NCBI RefSeq assembly: GCF_036321535.1
Contig: NC_087436.1
Span: 34,908,001 to 34,972,000 of the forward strand
Reading direction: 5' to 3'
Source of the DNA: Camelus dromedarius
Lineage: Eukaryota
Length of the DNA: 64,000 nucleotides
Shown: piece by piece, positions 25,050 to 36,142 of the stretch
Numbering within the stretch: the stretch's first letter is position 1
How the letters are laid out: each line of letters begins with the position of its first letter
Notes under the pieces: model-generated
What the model was told of the DNA's origin: nothing
Seen by the model: the letters and a program-made list of their open reading frames with translations, nothing else
The model's database searches: none
Translations under genes and position numbers: made by a program

Positions 25050-27473
25050 TGTCACCTGTCCTCCCACCCTCCCCTCCCCTCTGGCAACACCAGTTTGTTC
25101 TCTTTTTCTATGAGTTTTTTTCTGTTTTGTTTTATTTATTCATTTGATTTTTTTTTTTTTAGATTCCACAAATAAGTGAAATCATATGGTATTTGCATCT
25201 CTCTGACTTACTTCACTTAGCGTAACACCCTCTAGATACATTCATGTTGTCACAAACGGTGAGATCTCATTCTTTTTCATAGTAGAATAATATTCCATTG
25301 TATACATAAATAGACTGCTATATATACATATATGTATATGTATATATATATAAATATATTTATTGTTATATGTGAATCTTGTGGTAACCATCTGTCTGAA
25401 TGATCCATCCATTGACATAAATGAAATGCTTGAACACATTCTATAGCTCTACATTTTTACTACCCACCCCCAATCCACTTTTCATGTTTGGGCATCATAA
25501 TTTACACATTTTTATTTTGTGTATCTCTTAAGTAATTACTGTAGTTACAGTTTATTTTACTACTTTTGTTTTTTAACCTTCATCTTAGCTTCATCCACTA
25601 CCTTTACTATGTATTTGACTTTACCAGGCGATTTTTTTCTTTCACATATTTTCTAATTTCTAGTTATAGCCTTTTCTTTTCCACTTAAAGAAGTTTTTTA
25701 ACATTTCTTGTAAGGCCAGTTTAGTGGTGATGAGCTCTTTTAGTTTTTCCTTGTCTGGGAAACTTTTGCTCTCCTTCAATTCTGAATGATGACCTTGTCG
25801 GATGGAGTATTCTTGGCTGTAAATTTTTCCCTTTCAGCAGTTTGAATCTATCATGCTACCCACTTCTGGCCTGGAAAGTTTCCACTGAAAAATCTTCTGA
25901 TAGTTGTATGGTGGTTTCTTTATACATAACAGGTTATTTTTCTTCCACTGCTTTTAAGATTCTCTGCCCTTAATTTTAAAAATTTTAATTATTTTAATTA
26001 GAATGTGTCTTGGTGTGGTTCTCTGTGTTCCATCTTTTTTGGAACCTTCTGGGCTTCCCTGGCCTGGGTATGGGTTTCTTTCCCCAAGTTAGGGAATTTC
26101 TCAGCCATTATTCTAACAAATACATTTTCTGCCCTTTCCTTACTCCCTTTTCTTTCTGAGACCCCTCCAATGCTAATATTATTCTGTTTGATGTTATCTC
26201 AGAGGTTCCTTAAGGTTATCCTTGGTTTTTAAAATTTTCCTTTCATTTTTCTGGTCTGTCTGGGTGAGATCAATGACTTCTATTTCATCTATTCTGCTGT
26301 AGTGTATATTTTAGTTCATTTATAATCGTTTGGCCCTTTCTTATATTTTCTGTCTCTCTGTTGAAGTTCTCACAGTGTTCATCCATTCTTCTCCAGAGCT
26401 CAGAGAGCATCTTTATGACCATTACCTTGGTCTCTTTATCAGGTAGGTTGTTTATCTTCATTTCATTAAGGTCTTTTTCTGCAGATTTGTCTTGTTCTTT
26501 GGTTTGAAACATACTCCTTTGTCTCATTTTGCCTGACTCTCTGTGTTTGACTCTATGTATTAGTCAAAACAGCTACCCCTACCAGTCTGAAAGGTGTGGT
26601 TTTGTGGAGGAGATGATCCACGGGGCCCACAAGCACAATCTCCCCTCCTCTCCAGAGCCTGGTGTTCAGGGGGCATCCCTCATGGGAACCGCACACCCTC
26701 ACCAGCTGTGGCAGGGCCGAGGCTGCTGTGTGGGGATGGCAGGGTCTGGTGTGCCTGCCATCCAGGTTGTGGCACAGCTTACGTGTGGGCTGTGCAGAGC
26801 TCAGAGCACACCCACTGGTGCTGGCAGGCTAGAGGGGAGACACCGCAAATGGCGCTCACCAGCTTCCTTACTGGTGAGTTAGAATGAGATTGCAAAAATG
26901 GTGCTCACCAGCATTTTGGCGCCCAGAGAAAGTCACTGCAGGTTCCTGTCTCTTTACCCACTTTAGGATTTGTAAGTGGGTTGTGCTCACTCGTAACCAA
27001 GGTGCTTTTCAAACTGTTGCCTTTTCATGAGGTCTCAGGGTGAGTGGGTCTGTGCACAAGCTCTTCTAAAGTGGGCTCTCTGTTCCCTACAGTTCTATGG
27101 TTCCTTTGGACTTAATCATTATTGATTTCAAAACCAGACATTGGGGGGGCTCCTTTTTCCAAAGCTGGATCTGGCTGAGGTGCATGATGTGAGGCACAGT
27201 GTACTCACTCCTTGAGGCAAAGTTCCATACTTTTGGGATCCCTTCCTATTTGTGGGACACAGTGGCTGGGGTGGGGTTCTGGGTAAGATCAAGTCTCTGC
27301 CTCTCTTCCCATATCAACATGTCTCTTTTATCTTTTGTTATGGAGTCACTGTTCACCTAGTTCTCATGTCCTTTTTAGAAGAAAATTATTCCATAAATGG
27401 CTACAAATTGTTGTGTTCTTAAGAGGAGGTGAGAACAGGGACTTCCTATGCTGCCATCTTGAACTCCGGCCTC
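25050..27473 (-). mobile_element. L1: 5' UTR, ORF1 and inter-ORF region, with an adjacent 3' end
   Basis: Minus strand starts gaggccggagttcaagatggcagc. ORF 26285-26527 (MRQRSMFQTKEQDK..NNLPDKE..MVIKMLSEL) is an L1 ORF1p N-terminus. A 3' UTR lies at 25050-25340. Confidence 0.88.
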
Positions 27474-27589
27474 AAAGTTCAATTTTTCTTTACTTAGAAT
27501 GACATTAAATAGAAAAAAAACAAAAACAAAAATAAAAACCCCATCCAACCAACCAACCAAAACCACCATGACAAGCTAAGAGAGAGACT

Positions 27590-27708
27590 GCAGAAGGAAA
27601 GAAAAAGCTTTGTACTTTTAAGAGAAAATTTTCTGTTTTCTGAACATGAAAAGGAGCTCATATTTTCATTTTGTACTAGGTCCTGCAAGTTCTGTAGCTG
27701 GCCTCGAA
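27590..27708. mobile_element. MER91-like hAT element
   Basis: attttcattttgtactaggtcctgcaagttctgtagctggcc. Confidence 0.6.
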
Positions 27709-27739
27709 GCCAGTCAGGTTGCTCAGGGATAATGGGGCA

Positions 27740-27930
27740 CAAGGAACAGTGGAGGGAAGGATCTCAAACAGGCATGAGAAAAACCTTCAGTAGTGGTAGA
27801 GTACACTTACTATTTTAATTATGGTGGTAATTTCATGACAGCATACATATAGCAAAACTTACATAAGTTCACAATTTAAACATGTATAATTCATTGAAAA
27901 GCAGTTTTACTTCAATAAAGATGTTAAAGA
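27740..27930 (+). mobile_element. Old L1 3' terminus
   Basis: Ends ttttacttcaataaagatgttaaa. Confidence 0.65.
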
Positions 27931-28758
27931 ACATTGTTATACTATATTTTAGTTTTTGAAAAATTAAAAATTGAAAAGTCTAAGTCACAAAGAACTTATG
28001 CATATTAATTGTATTTTTTGAAGGTAAGAGAAAATATATGATATGACTTCTGACCTTATATACAAGACTTCTGAATAAAATGTATAAAATGTGTGATATT
28101 TTACTTTCCATAAAATACATTTTATATAATTTGGTTAATAACATTTCCAGCTTATCTAAAACTTGCAAAATGCCACATACATCCAGTTGAAATACCAAAA
28201 TTACACCAAAAAGCTTCAGACTCCTTAAAAATAATCAAAATGACTAAGCCCTCTCCTGATTTTGTCAAATTTGAGATATCAATAAATATTTTAAGATGTA
28301 ATAGGCTTAATTTTTCCATAAACCTGTTGAATTAAAGAAGTTACAGATGTTTGAAGTTTCCTTTCTTCTTTCAACATTACAAACACCATCTCTTAACACT
28401 TCCACTTTGGAAGAGGAAGATAGCTTAATACGTGGTTCCCAAACTTCTTACCATTAATGACTCTTTAATTATTCTGTTTTCCCATGTGTATTCCATATGT
28501 TGAAAGATCTGGTCTACCTAATAAAATGCCTTTATTTGATTAAATTTTGTTTCCTCATTTTTTCTTTTTCAAAGACCAATCTTTTTACTATCAATCTAAT
28601 CTTCTATCATTATGACAACCAATCTGTGTTGATGTAATTCTAGCAATAAATAAATAAATAAATAAAAAGATTACTACTTCTATTAGATTTTCAAGACAGC
28701 TACAAATGCCTTTAGGAAATATTGAAAATGATTTAGACTAAATCCTTGTCTTCTATAG

Positions 28759-29035
28759 ATCAGAAGGAGGAATCTTTCAGCTTCTCTTGTATTTATAACA
28801 ACGGAAGTTACAAGACTGAGGAAATACAGGACTGAACAAGGAAAAAAAGTGGAGATTATTGGAAATAATTGTTCCTTGGGGAAGAATATTTGACTGGTGA
28901 CTAATGGAAACCAAATGATTTTTTGGTACAAATGACCATGCAAATTCTATTTATTATGCAGCATTTATAAGTTTTGATTCAGGAAAAAGGCAGAACAAAT
29001 GTATAGCAGTCCACGTCCCATACAACCTGCTCTTC
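28759..29035 (+). pseudogene. Remnant exon, CTLD core and C-terminus
   Basis: Acceptor tccttgtcttctatag, then ASLVFI, TGLNKEKKW, *WKPNDF and YAAFISFDSGKRQNKCIAVHVPY across frames. End is approximate. Confidence 0.55.
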
Positions 29036-29296
29036 TTTAGGCCAGGAGAGTGGGGCTGTTTAGGAATGGGGTTAGCATCTAGAATAACAAGATAACTTTG
29101 TTTTACTTATGTTAAAATGTATAACTGTGTTAAAAACGTATAAAAAAGAAGAAATCTAAAAATCCCTTCAGATACCACAAAAACAACTTCATTCTGATAT
29201 TTTTAACTAGTTATCACTTGGCTATTGAAGAAGTATCACCAGTATTTGCATTTTAAGCTTATATTTATAGGCTCAAACTACCTTTACCACTTTCGA

Positions 29297-29327
<31 letters not shown>

Positions 29328-29377
29328 GACCCCCTATCTACTTATTGTTTTAATTAAGTTGGCATTTTATTTTTCAG

Positions 29378-29500
29378 TCCTCTCATAACTCGGCTTGGTT
29401 ATTTGAAATCTCTGGCCAGATAGTGCACTGTTTTTCTTAATGAATGATAAATCATCCAGGGTCTTTTATACAACCCTATTTTTTTAATCTTCCTAAAAGA
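29378..29500 (+). pseudogene. Remnant exon, CTLD start
   Basis: Acceptor cattttatttttcag, then SSHNSAWLFEISGQIVHCFS. Confidence 0.45.
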
Positions 29501-30635
29501 TATACCTTGTGCATGTACCTTTTTTTATTTCTCCTGAAGCTAGTAAGCCTAAGGGTATAAGTTATTTTATACTACTTCAAAGTTAGACAAAAATATTGAT
29601 CCAAACGAATGTAATTTATTGTGATCTCAATTCAACTTTCAAAAGTTTTCTGTAAGATTTGTGTGTGAGGGTTTTCTCCTGTAATTCATAAAGGAGCTAT
29701 TTACTCCTAAAAAAAAGTTGCTAGGCTCAGCTTTCTTACGGCTGTTTAACTGATACCGTCATACTACTGCTCTAATTTATTAAGGATGAGAGCTAACTCC
29801 ATGACTCAGATCTTAATTTTTTTCTTCATTAAAGATAAAGAATGAATGAAACCAAGTCATAAACCAAGTCTGTATTCCATACTATAACTTCTCAACCTGC
29901 TTCATGAAAATTCATTTTGATCATACAGATAAGTGGAATTGCATTAAGCATCCCCTTTTCACTGTTTTATCTAAAATGTTCAATTAATTTTTTGAACTAT
30001 ACTATGTCTAAACAACACCAGAATACTTGATAAGAAGTTAAAAAATAAAGGTTGTTGGTCAGAAGTGCATTTTGTGCTGGATAGAAAAGAGATGCCGAGG
30101 TTTGGTGAAGGTTTAATCTAAACTATTGCTTCAATTTCTCCATTTTCTGTATGCCTAGATTATTTTAATTAAGAGAAGTGATACAAATATGATTTTGTGA
30201 TATTTTCATCACACAGTGAAATAATAGGTAACACAAAAAATGTATTCATTGGTATAGACAAGATACCCTTTTTGTATCTAAATAATTGTAAGTTTTCATA
30301 CATTTTATATTTTAGTCATTAATTAGTTTGGATTCTCCATTAATCTTACCATATTAACTAATCTAGAGTAAAAATTCCAGAAATGGAAATTTTAGAGTTT
30401 CTAATTATGATCTAAAAGGATAAATACAACACACACGAACCAACAATTTCCTCATAAATTATCAGATATTAGCCATAATAGAGATTGTGTACATTTAAAA
30501 ATCAAATTATTTACTTTAACTTCTTTGTTTAAAGTCTAGATATTCATGAGAAACTCCTAAACAGTCACAGACTTATGTTACCACATTTAGGAAATCTAAT
30601 GACTATTTAAAGTGCTGAGTTTACATAAGAAACAG

Positions 30636-30890
30636 AAGCAGCTCGCTGGTCATGAACACTGTCTATGAGTGAGCACAGATATAAAGATACGTAACCTAGC
30701 TAGTTTTACTGGCAGCTCCATTTCCTGGAGGGTGGTGCACTGATATGGAAAACTAGATTTCAGAAAGCAGTCTGATTTTATCGAGGCTGAAGCACTGTTG
30801 TACGCAGTAAGAACGGCTTCTCTTTGATGATCATAGCAATGACAGCTAAACTTGGAAACAAGGAGCTGCACCTGAAGAGAATTTATCCAG
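30636..30890 (+). pseudogene. Remnant exon(s), CTLD C-terminal motifs
   Basis: Reads GHEHCL*VST...SWRVVH*YGKLDF (C..V...W....C..KL.F) and later LETRSCT*REFI. Internal register is ambiguous. Confidence 0.45.
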
Positions 30891-31409
30891 ATAGATTTGA
30901 AAAGTTTGAAAGAGAGGAACCTAATAAAATAATTCTGTCAGGGATCCAAAGGATGAGAGAAAACAAAGTTTGGGTATGAGTAGTTGCTGACAGCAGTTTT
31001 ACCTCTAATTGAGGATGGACTGGCTGTACTCCAGCAAGGAATATGTAGAGAAGTCTCTCAGAAGAGAGGAGAGCTAGCCTACCCACTGTGGACATGGAAT
31101 AGAATACTGCAAGAGTGATGGGCTGATAAAGTGATGAGGTTTTATATTAACCTACAAATATCTCTTTGGAAACAGTCTACAAGGAATAGGTCTCGGTAAC
31201 TGAGCATGTCTCAAGGCTCCATGTGGAATGTGCCCTGATGATTTGATCAAAGAAGAGAAGCTTCAAGTCCTTGGTGGTGGTAGTAAGAAGTCTATCCAAA
31301 GTAAAAGACAGTGAAAGTTCTGTGCTGGGACACTATGAAGCCATTACAAAATAGAAGTTATTAATCTTGTTCAGATTTTTATATCACCTACATCTTAATA
31401 TAAAACCAA

Positions 31410-31480
31410 AAAATATGTCATAGCCTTGGTCCCATTATAATAGCAGAAATGCATACTACAGGAAGATTATCCCCAAGCGA
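31410..31480 (+). pseudogene. Possible remnant exon, CTLD start
   Basis: Reads KICH / PWSHYN / QKCIL across frameshifts (C..PW..YN..C). Confidence 0.4.
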
Positions 31481-32104
31481 TGTATTTATCACCACATTTT
31501 AAAATTACAACACTTCCTTTCCTATAAAACCTAGATGTGTGCCCTTAGGTGGCTACATAATCTTTCCCAGACTCAGCTTCTCATTCTGAAGGTGAGAAAA
31601 GTCAGTAGTACCCACCTATAAATAAGTACCAGTCAGTACATGCAAATTACTAATACCTGGTACTCTGCAATCATTCAATAGTGAGTAGCTGTTTTGCTAT
31701 TATTATTCACTTTCTACCAGTTTTCTGTCTTAGCTCCTTTGTGGTTATGGGCATTAGCTATTTCACACAACTTTAAAAATCAATCAATTAGATAAAATCC
31801 TTTCCCATTTTATTGCTATTATAGAATTGAGGTGATTAAACACAAGAATTACTAGACTGCACATTAATCCGCACATTCATAATTGTCTTGGAGGATAATG
31901 AACAGCTTCTGACCAGTATGGGAAGAACTAGGTTTTAGTGAAGGCCAGCAGAAAGGGGGATTAATCAGCTAACTTTCTGAGGATGTAGGACATTTTGGTG
32001 ATTATGAAACAGAGATTCCAAAATACCTGGATTAGATTTCTTGGGCAGTCTCATCAGACTTAGTACCTGTCCACCGTTTTGCTTTCTGATTATTTTTATT
32101 TCAG

Positions 32105-32222
32105 GAAAAACCTTTATACACTTTGAAGAATTATAGGAATATAAAATGGTATTTCTCTTTGAGGTTGCAGCCAATAAATTATATATAAGATTAAAATTTA
32201 CTGATACAAACTCGCTCGGAGA
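32105..32222 (+). pseudogene. Remnant exon, CTLD middle
   Basis: Acceptor gctttctgattatttttatttcag, then KTFIHFEEL*EYKMVFLFEVAANKLYIRLKF (LYIRL approximates LWIGL). Donor |gtgaga at 32223. Confidence 0.55.
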
Positions 32223-32639
32223 GTGAGATCCCAGAAATCAGGAATCCTGAGTGATGCACTTAAAAATTTTTGAAGTATTCAGACTCCAAATGAATATCTT
32301 AAGGAACAGAACTAAAGTTTTTGTTGATATAGTGAACCCTTCAACCAGCAATTCTGTATCTTTATTCCTTTAGTTTACAATAATAGTAACAATATAAATA
32401 TTAGTAGTAACAGTGGGCACTTACAAAGTTCTTATTCTGGGCAAGCATAGATCTGTGCATTTCATGATTTAACTCAATTAATTCTAATAATAACACTCTG
32501 AGGTAAATTACAACTATCATCCTCACTTTATAGATAGGAAAATGCAGGTACAAAGCTTAAGTAATTTGCTTACCATCACAAAAACTGCCACTTCAACACA
32601 GGCAATGAGATTCTAATTTCGTTTTCTCTTCTGGAACAG

Positions 32640-32707
32640 GCAACGTATATTCTTTTGGAAACTCCATGTGCTCATAAAAATCTTCCCATTTATCTTGGGT
32701 TTCAGTG
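32640..32707 (+). pseudogene. Remnant exon, CTLD C-terminus
   Basis: Acceptor ttttctcttctggaacag, then FFWK / TPCAHKNLP / PFI, which together give W....C....LPFIC. Confidence 0.5.
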
Positions 32708-33254
32708 GTATTTTGCTATTTCCAGACTCCCTGTCTTTCTCATAGGTAGAAAAGTCAGAAACAAAACAGCAGAGCTCTGCGTTTTCTCAGTCGGGACTTC
32801 ATCTATCCAGTCGAAACCCCAAAGTCCATGATTTTAGCCACTCCTTCAAAAATATCCTAAAACCCAGTTTTATTGCTAACCTTGGATCAATCCAAGTATT
32901 TTCTTAATATCTCAGTTTCTGAGATCTACTGGGGAAAAAAAAATCAGCAAAGTAGACCTGGACCACTAAAAATGTAAATGTATAAGTAGCTATTTCCTTT
33001 CTGCTTGTGGTGCTGTGACTACTCTCAGTCTTTAATCTACACAAGTCCAGCATCAGTCATCACCCCACCTCCATCTCCCAAGGAAGACGGCCTTGTTTCC
33101 TACTTCAGAGTGAAAATAGAGCAGTATATGGCACCCTCTTAGCAGACTCTGCATCCCTCTTGCCTAGTATGCCCTTTCCTCCTGCACGCACAATGAATGC
33201 TAACATAGAAAACACAGGTCCCAGTACTGAGTAGACAGTCCATGTAGTTTGAGA

Positions 33255-33500
33255 CTGCAGAACAGCATAGTGATCAAAAGCACAAACTCTGAAGCTGGAC
33301 TTCTTGGGTTCAAATATGGTTTCAAATATTCGTTTACTGTTTGACCGTAGGCAGGTTTTTTTTTAACCACTTGTGACTTAGACTCATCATCTGTAAAACC
33401 AGGGTGATAACTGTTCTTACTCATTGGCTTATTAATGAGGACTAAGTCTGTACATAAGTGTAGGCTACTTGGAACAGGGCCTAGCACAGATGTGGAATGG
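33255..33500 (+). mobile_element. MIR SINE; other MIR fragments near 6930, 23440, 31530, 32400, 41600, 46800, 47330 and 49280
   Basis: MIR core ctcatcatctgtaaaa and head agcatagtgatcaaaagcacaaactctgaagctggact..tgggttcaaat. Confidence 0.8.
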
Positions 33501-33940
33501 TAGTTATTATTATTTTAATTACTTGTCTTTTAAGAATCAACTCCAAGTTAATCCTTTTCTACACAGCTATCTCTGATTCCCCAAGCAGAGTTGAGTTAGT
33601 TCCTCTACTTCTGTACTTCCCTAGCTCCTTGTATTTTAGTTTTATTATAGCACCTACCACTCTAAGTTATATCCAACACTGCATGGCAGTAAACAGAGGT
33701 TGTACCTTATCTTTGTCTGCTAAAGATGCTCCCTTCAACCAGCTCACGGTCTTAAAAAGTTGTTTAGTGAATGATTAAAATGAGATTATGAAACAATCTC
33801 ATAGTGAGGACAACCTAGTCCTCACTGACAACTAAAAAATAAATAGAATGTCATTATATGGAATTATTTAGCTCTTCCAGATATTCAGTTAGTATCTAAA
33901 GCACTTATGTTTAATTAGTAGTGAATAACATTTTATTTAG

Positions 33941-34235
33941 CTCTCTAATGTGAACAACCATGGGTATCTTAAAAAACAGCTCCTTGCTCTGTATTTTGGT
34001 AATCTATGGAGAAAAACTCAGGAAGTATTACTTATAGATGAAAATTATTGTAATAAAATAATGAATAGATATATTCAAACTTAAGTAAGGCTAGCTGCAT
34101 TTAGGCTCATAAAATTTTCAATTGCTATGCAGTTTTGTGAGTTATTATTGACGTGGGTATTATATATCTATGTGTAGGTATAAATAGAAAACGTCTAACT
34201 CATGTATAATTCACACCCTTCCTTGAATGAACATA
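33941..34235 (+). pseudogene. Remnant exon(s), N-terminal half of the last CTLD
   Basis: Acceptor cattttatttag, then CEQPWVS*KTAPCSVF and later YLCVGINRK (LWVGIN-like). Confidence 0.55.
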
Positions 34236-34274
34236 GAATGATAAGGTTCGAGGTTATAATTTTTTATGCCATAA

Positions 34275-35667
34275 ATCTAGGGGCTCCTGAGACTTTCAAG
34301 AGTGGCTTCAAAACTATTTTCATAATAGTATGATGACATTATTTTCCTATTCTACTGTGTTGACATGTCCACTGGTGCAAAAGCAATGATGAGTGAAATG
34401 CTGTGCCCTGCTAGGCTGAAGCAAGGCAGTGCCATCCACTTGTTCTGTACCATTGTATTCTTCATCACCACACAATCCCAAGTTTTAACAATGCTGGTTT
34501 CACTTAAGGATGTCCTTGATGAAACAGTAAGTAGGGTTAATTTTTATTAAATCTTCATCCAAGAGAACATGTGATTTTTTAAAATATTTGTGGATAAAAC
34601 TGGAATATGCATAGAGCACACTTCTGTTGGAAGCATACAAGTAAACAGTTGGGACAAGTAAAAGCATTAGTGTAATCGCTTGAGTTGCAGGCTGAACTAG
34701 CTGTTTTTTCATGGAACACCGTTTTTCTAGAATGAACAACGAGCTGACAAACAACGATTATTTAGACATACATATCTATATCTGGCAGATATTTTCTCAA
34801 AAATGAATGGAGTCTGTCACTGCAAAGAAAACACTGATAGCATTTGTTGCAAGTGAAAAAATTCAAGCTATCAAGTAAAAATTAGAATTTTGGAAAACTT
34901 GTATTCACACTATGAGCACCACAAGCTTCTGACACTGAAAGACTTTTCTGATAGGTTGGTGATAATATTAAGAACTTTTTATATTATATAATGAAATATG
35001 TCAACATCAGGCAGATCTGTGTAACTCAGTAAATTTTTCATATGAACAATGTGTAATTTTACAAAATCACACATGATAAAATAGTCATTCAAAGTACAAG
35101 TTAAACTAACGGATTTTAACGTAACAGAGTTCAAGAAGTTGACTGATATAGTATCAGATGTCACAGTGCAGCTAACCTTTGAAAAACTACCACTTGTCAA
35201 GTATTGGTCAGGTAGCAGAGAAGACTGTATGCAATTATCTTAAAAGACTGCTAAAATATGATTTATTTTGCCAACTGAAAATCTGTATGGAATCATATTT
35301 TCTTCATATATTTCAAACAAATCTATTTCTCAATAGATGAAATACAGAAGCAGATACAAGAAACTAGCTGTCCTCCATAAAAATAGGTGTTTAAAAAGAT
35401 TTATAAACACATAAAAACATGTAAGAGTGTAAAGGCACTATTCTTGCTATTATTATTCTTTGTTTTGGAAAATATAGTTTCCACAAAACAATGTCATTTA
35501 TATTCACCTATAGAATGTTATTTTTAATGAATATTTCTCTTTTAATTTATAATATGCTAATTACTGACAGATATAATCTACATACACAAAAGCTTTTGGG
35601 GGATCCTCAATAATTTTTACGAGTATTAAAAAGGTCCTGAGACCAGTATGTTTGAGAGCTGCTGCTG
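34275..35667. mobile_element. Charlie1-like hAT DNA transposon remnant
   Basis: ggtgcaaaagcaatg, ttattaaatct and ggcagatattttctcaaaaatgaa transposase-derived motifs. Terminal sequence tttgagagctgctg. Confidence 0.8.
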
Positions 35668-35901
35668 TAGGCAAATAGTTCAGGAAGCGTTGCTGAAACA
35701 TCCAGAGGAAGGAACCTGTTTAGACTGTTGGAACGTTCCTATTCACACCCATATCTCTTCCACAAAGGGAGATGAAACACCTACTATAAAAGATTCTTTA
35801 TTGAAAAGTTCTCTTTTCAAGTTGGCGTGTGTACATACTGCCCCCTAATTCTGATACAACCCCACAAAAGGAGACACTATTCTTATTTTTTTGCCTGTTA
35901 G

Positions 35902-36142
35902 GTGTAAAGGATGAAAGCTGAGGTGCTGTGTACCAAAATCTGTGCTGCTTAAAAAAAGTGGAGGATCAAAAAGATCCTTAGACACGAGAGCCGTTCTCAT
36001 CGGCTTGTCCACTTTGTACTGGGCTTTTTTTATCGTGTGATTAAATAAACTTATGAAGAAAACGTTCATTGCTATGCAGAAGTGGCCACAAACAGAAGAA
36101 AATGTGTTTTCTATTAGAGAAAGAAAGAAATGGTTGGTTTGA
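35902..36142 (+). pseudogene. Remnant terminal exon: CTLD end, TM-like helix and basic tail
   Basis: Acceptor tcttatttttttgcctgttag. One frame reads CKG*KLRCCVPKSVLLKKSGGSKRSLDTRAVLIGLSTLYWAFFIV*LNKLMKK... Confidence 0.55.

Larger units (their letters stand above)
4031..36142 (+). pseudogene. Decayed multi-exon gene for a type I membrane protein: signal peptide, about 14 CTLD remnants, a Sushi-like module and a TM-like segment
   Basis: More than 20 collinear + strand segments, many bounded by polypyrimidine-AG and GT sites. They translate with stops and frameshifts into CTLD motifs in the expected order: C-x3-W..C-Y/F, W..A...C, G.L.SI..EE, WIGL-like, W.DGS, W...EP, C..G.W....C...FIC. Confidence 0.75.

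Noticed and set aside
30650..36069. Minus-strand ORFs 30650-30871 and 35845-36069 with acceptor-like sites
   Set aside because: They overlap + strand CTLD and TM remnants and are better explained as antisense shadows.
4031..36142. Naming the pseudogene MRC1, MRC2, LY75 or PLA2R1
   Set aside because: Only generic CTLD motifs match. I see no ricin or FNII domain, the domain count appears higher, and a Sushi-like module is present, so no symbol is given.
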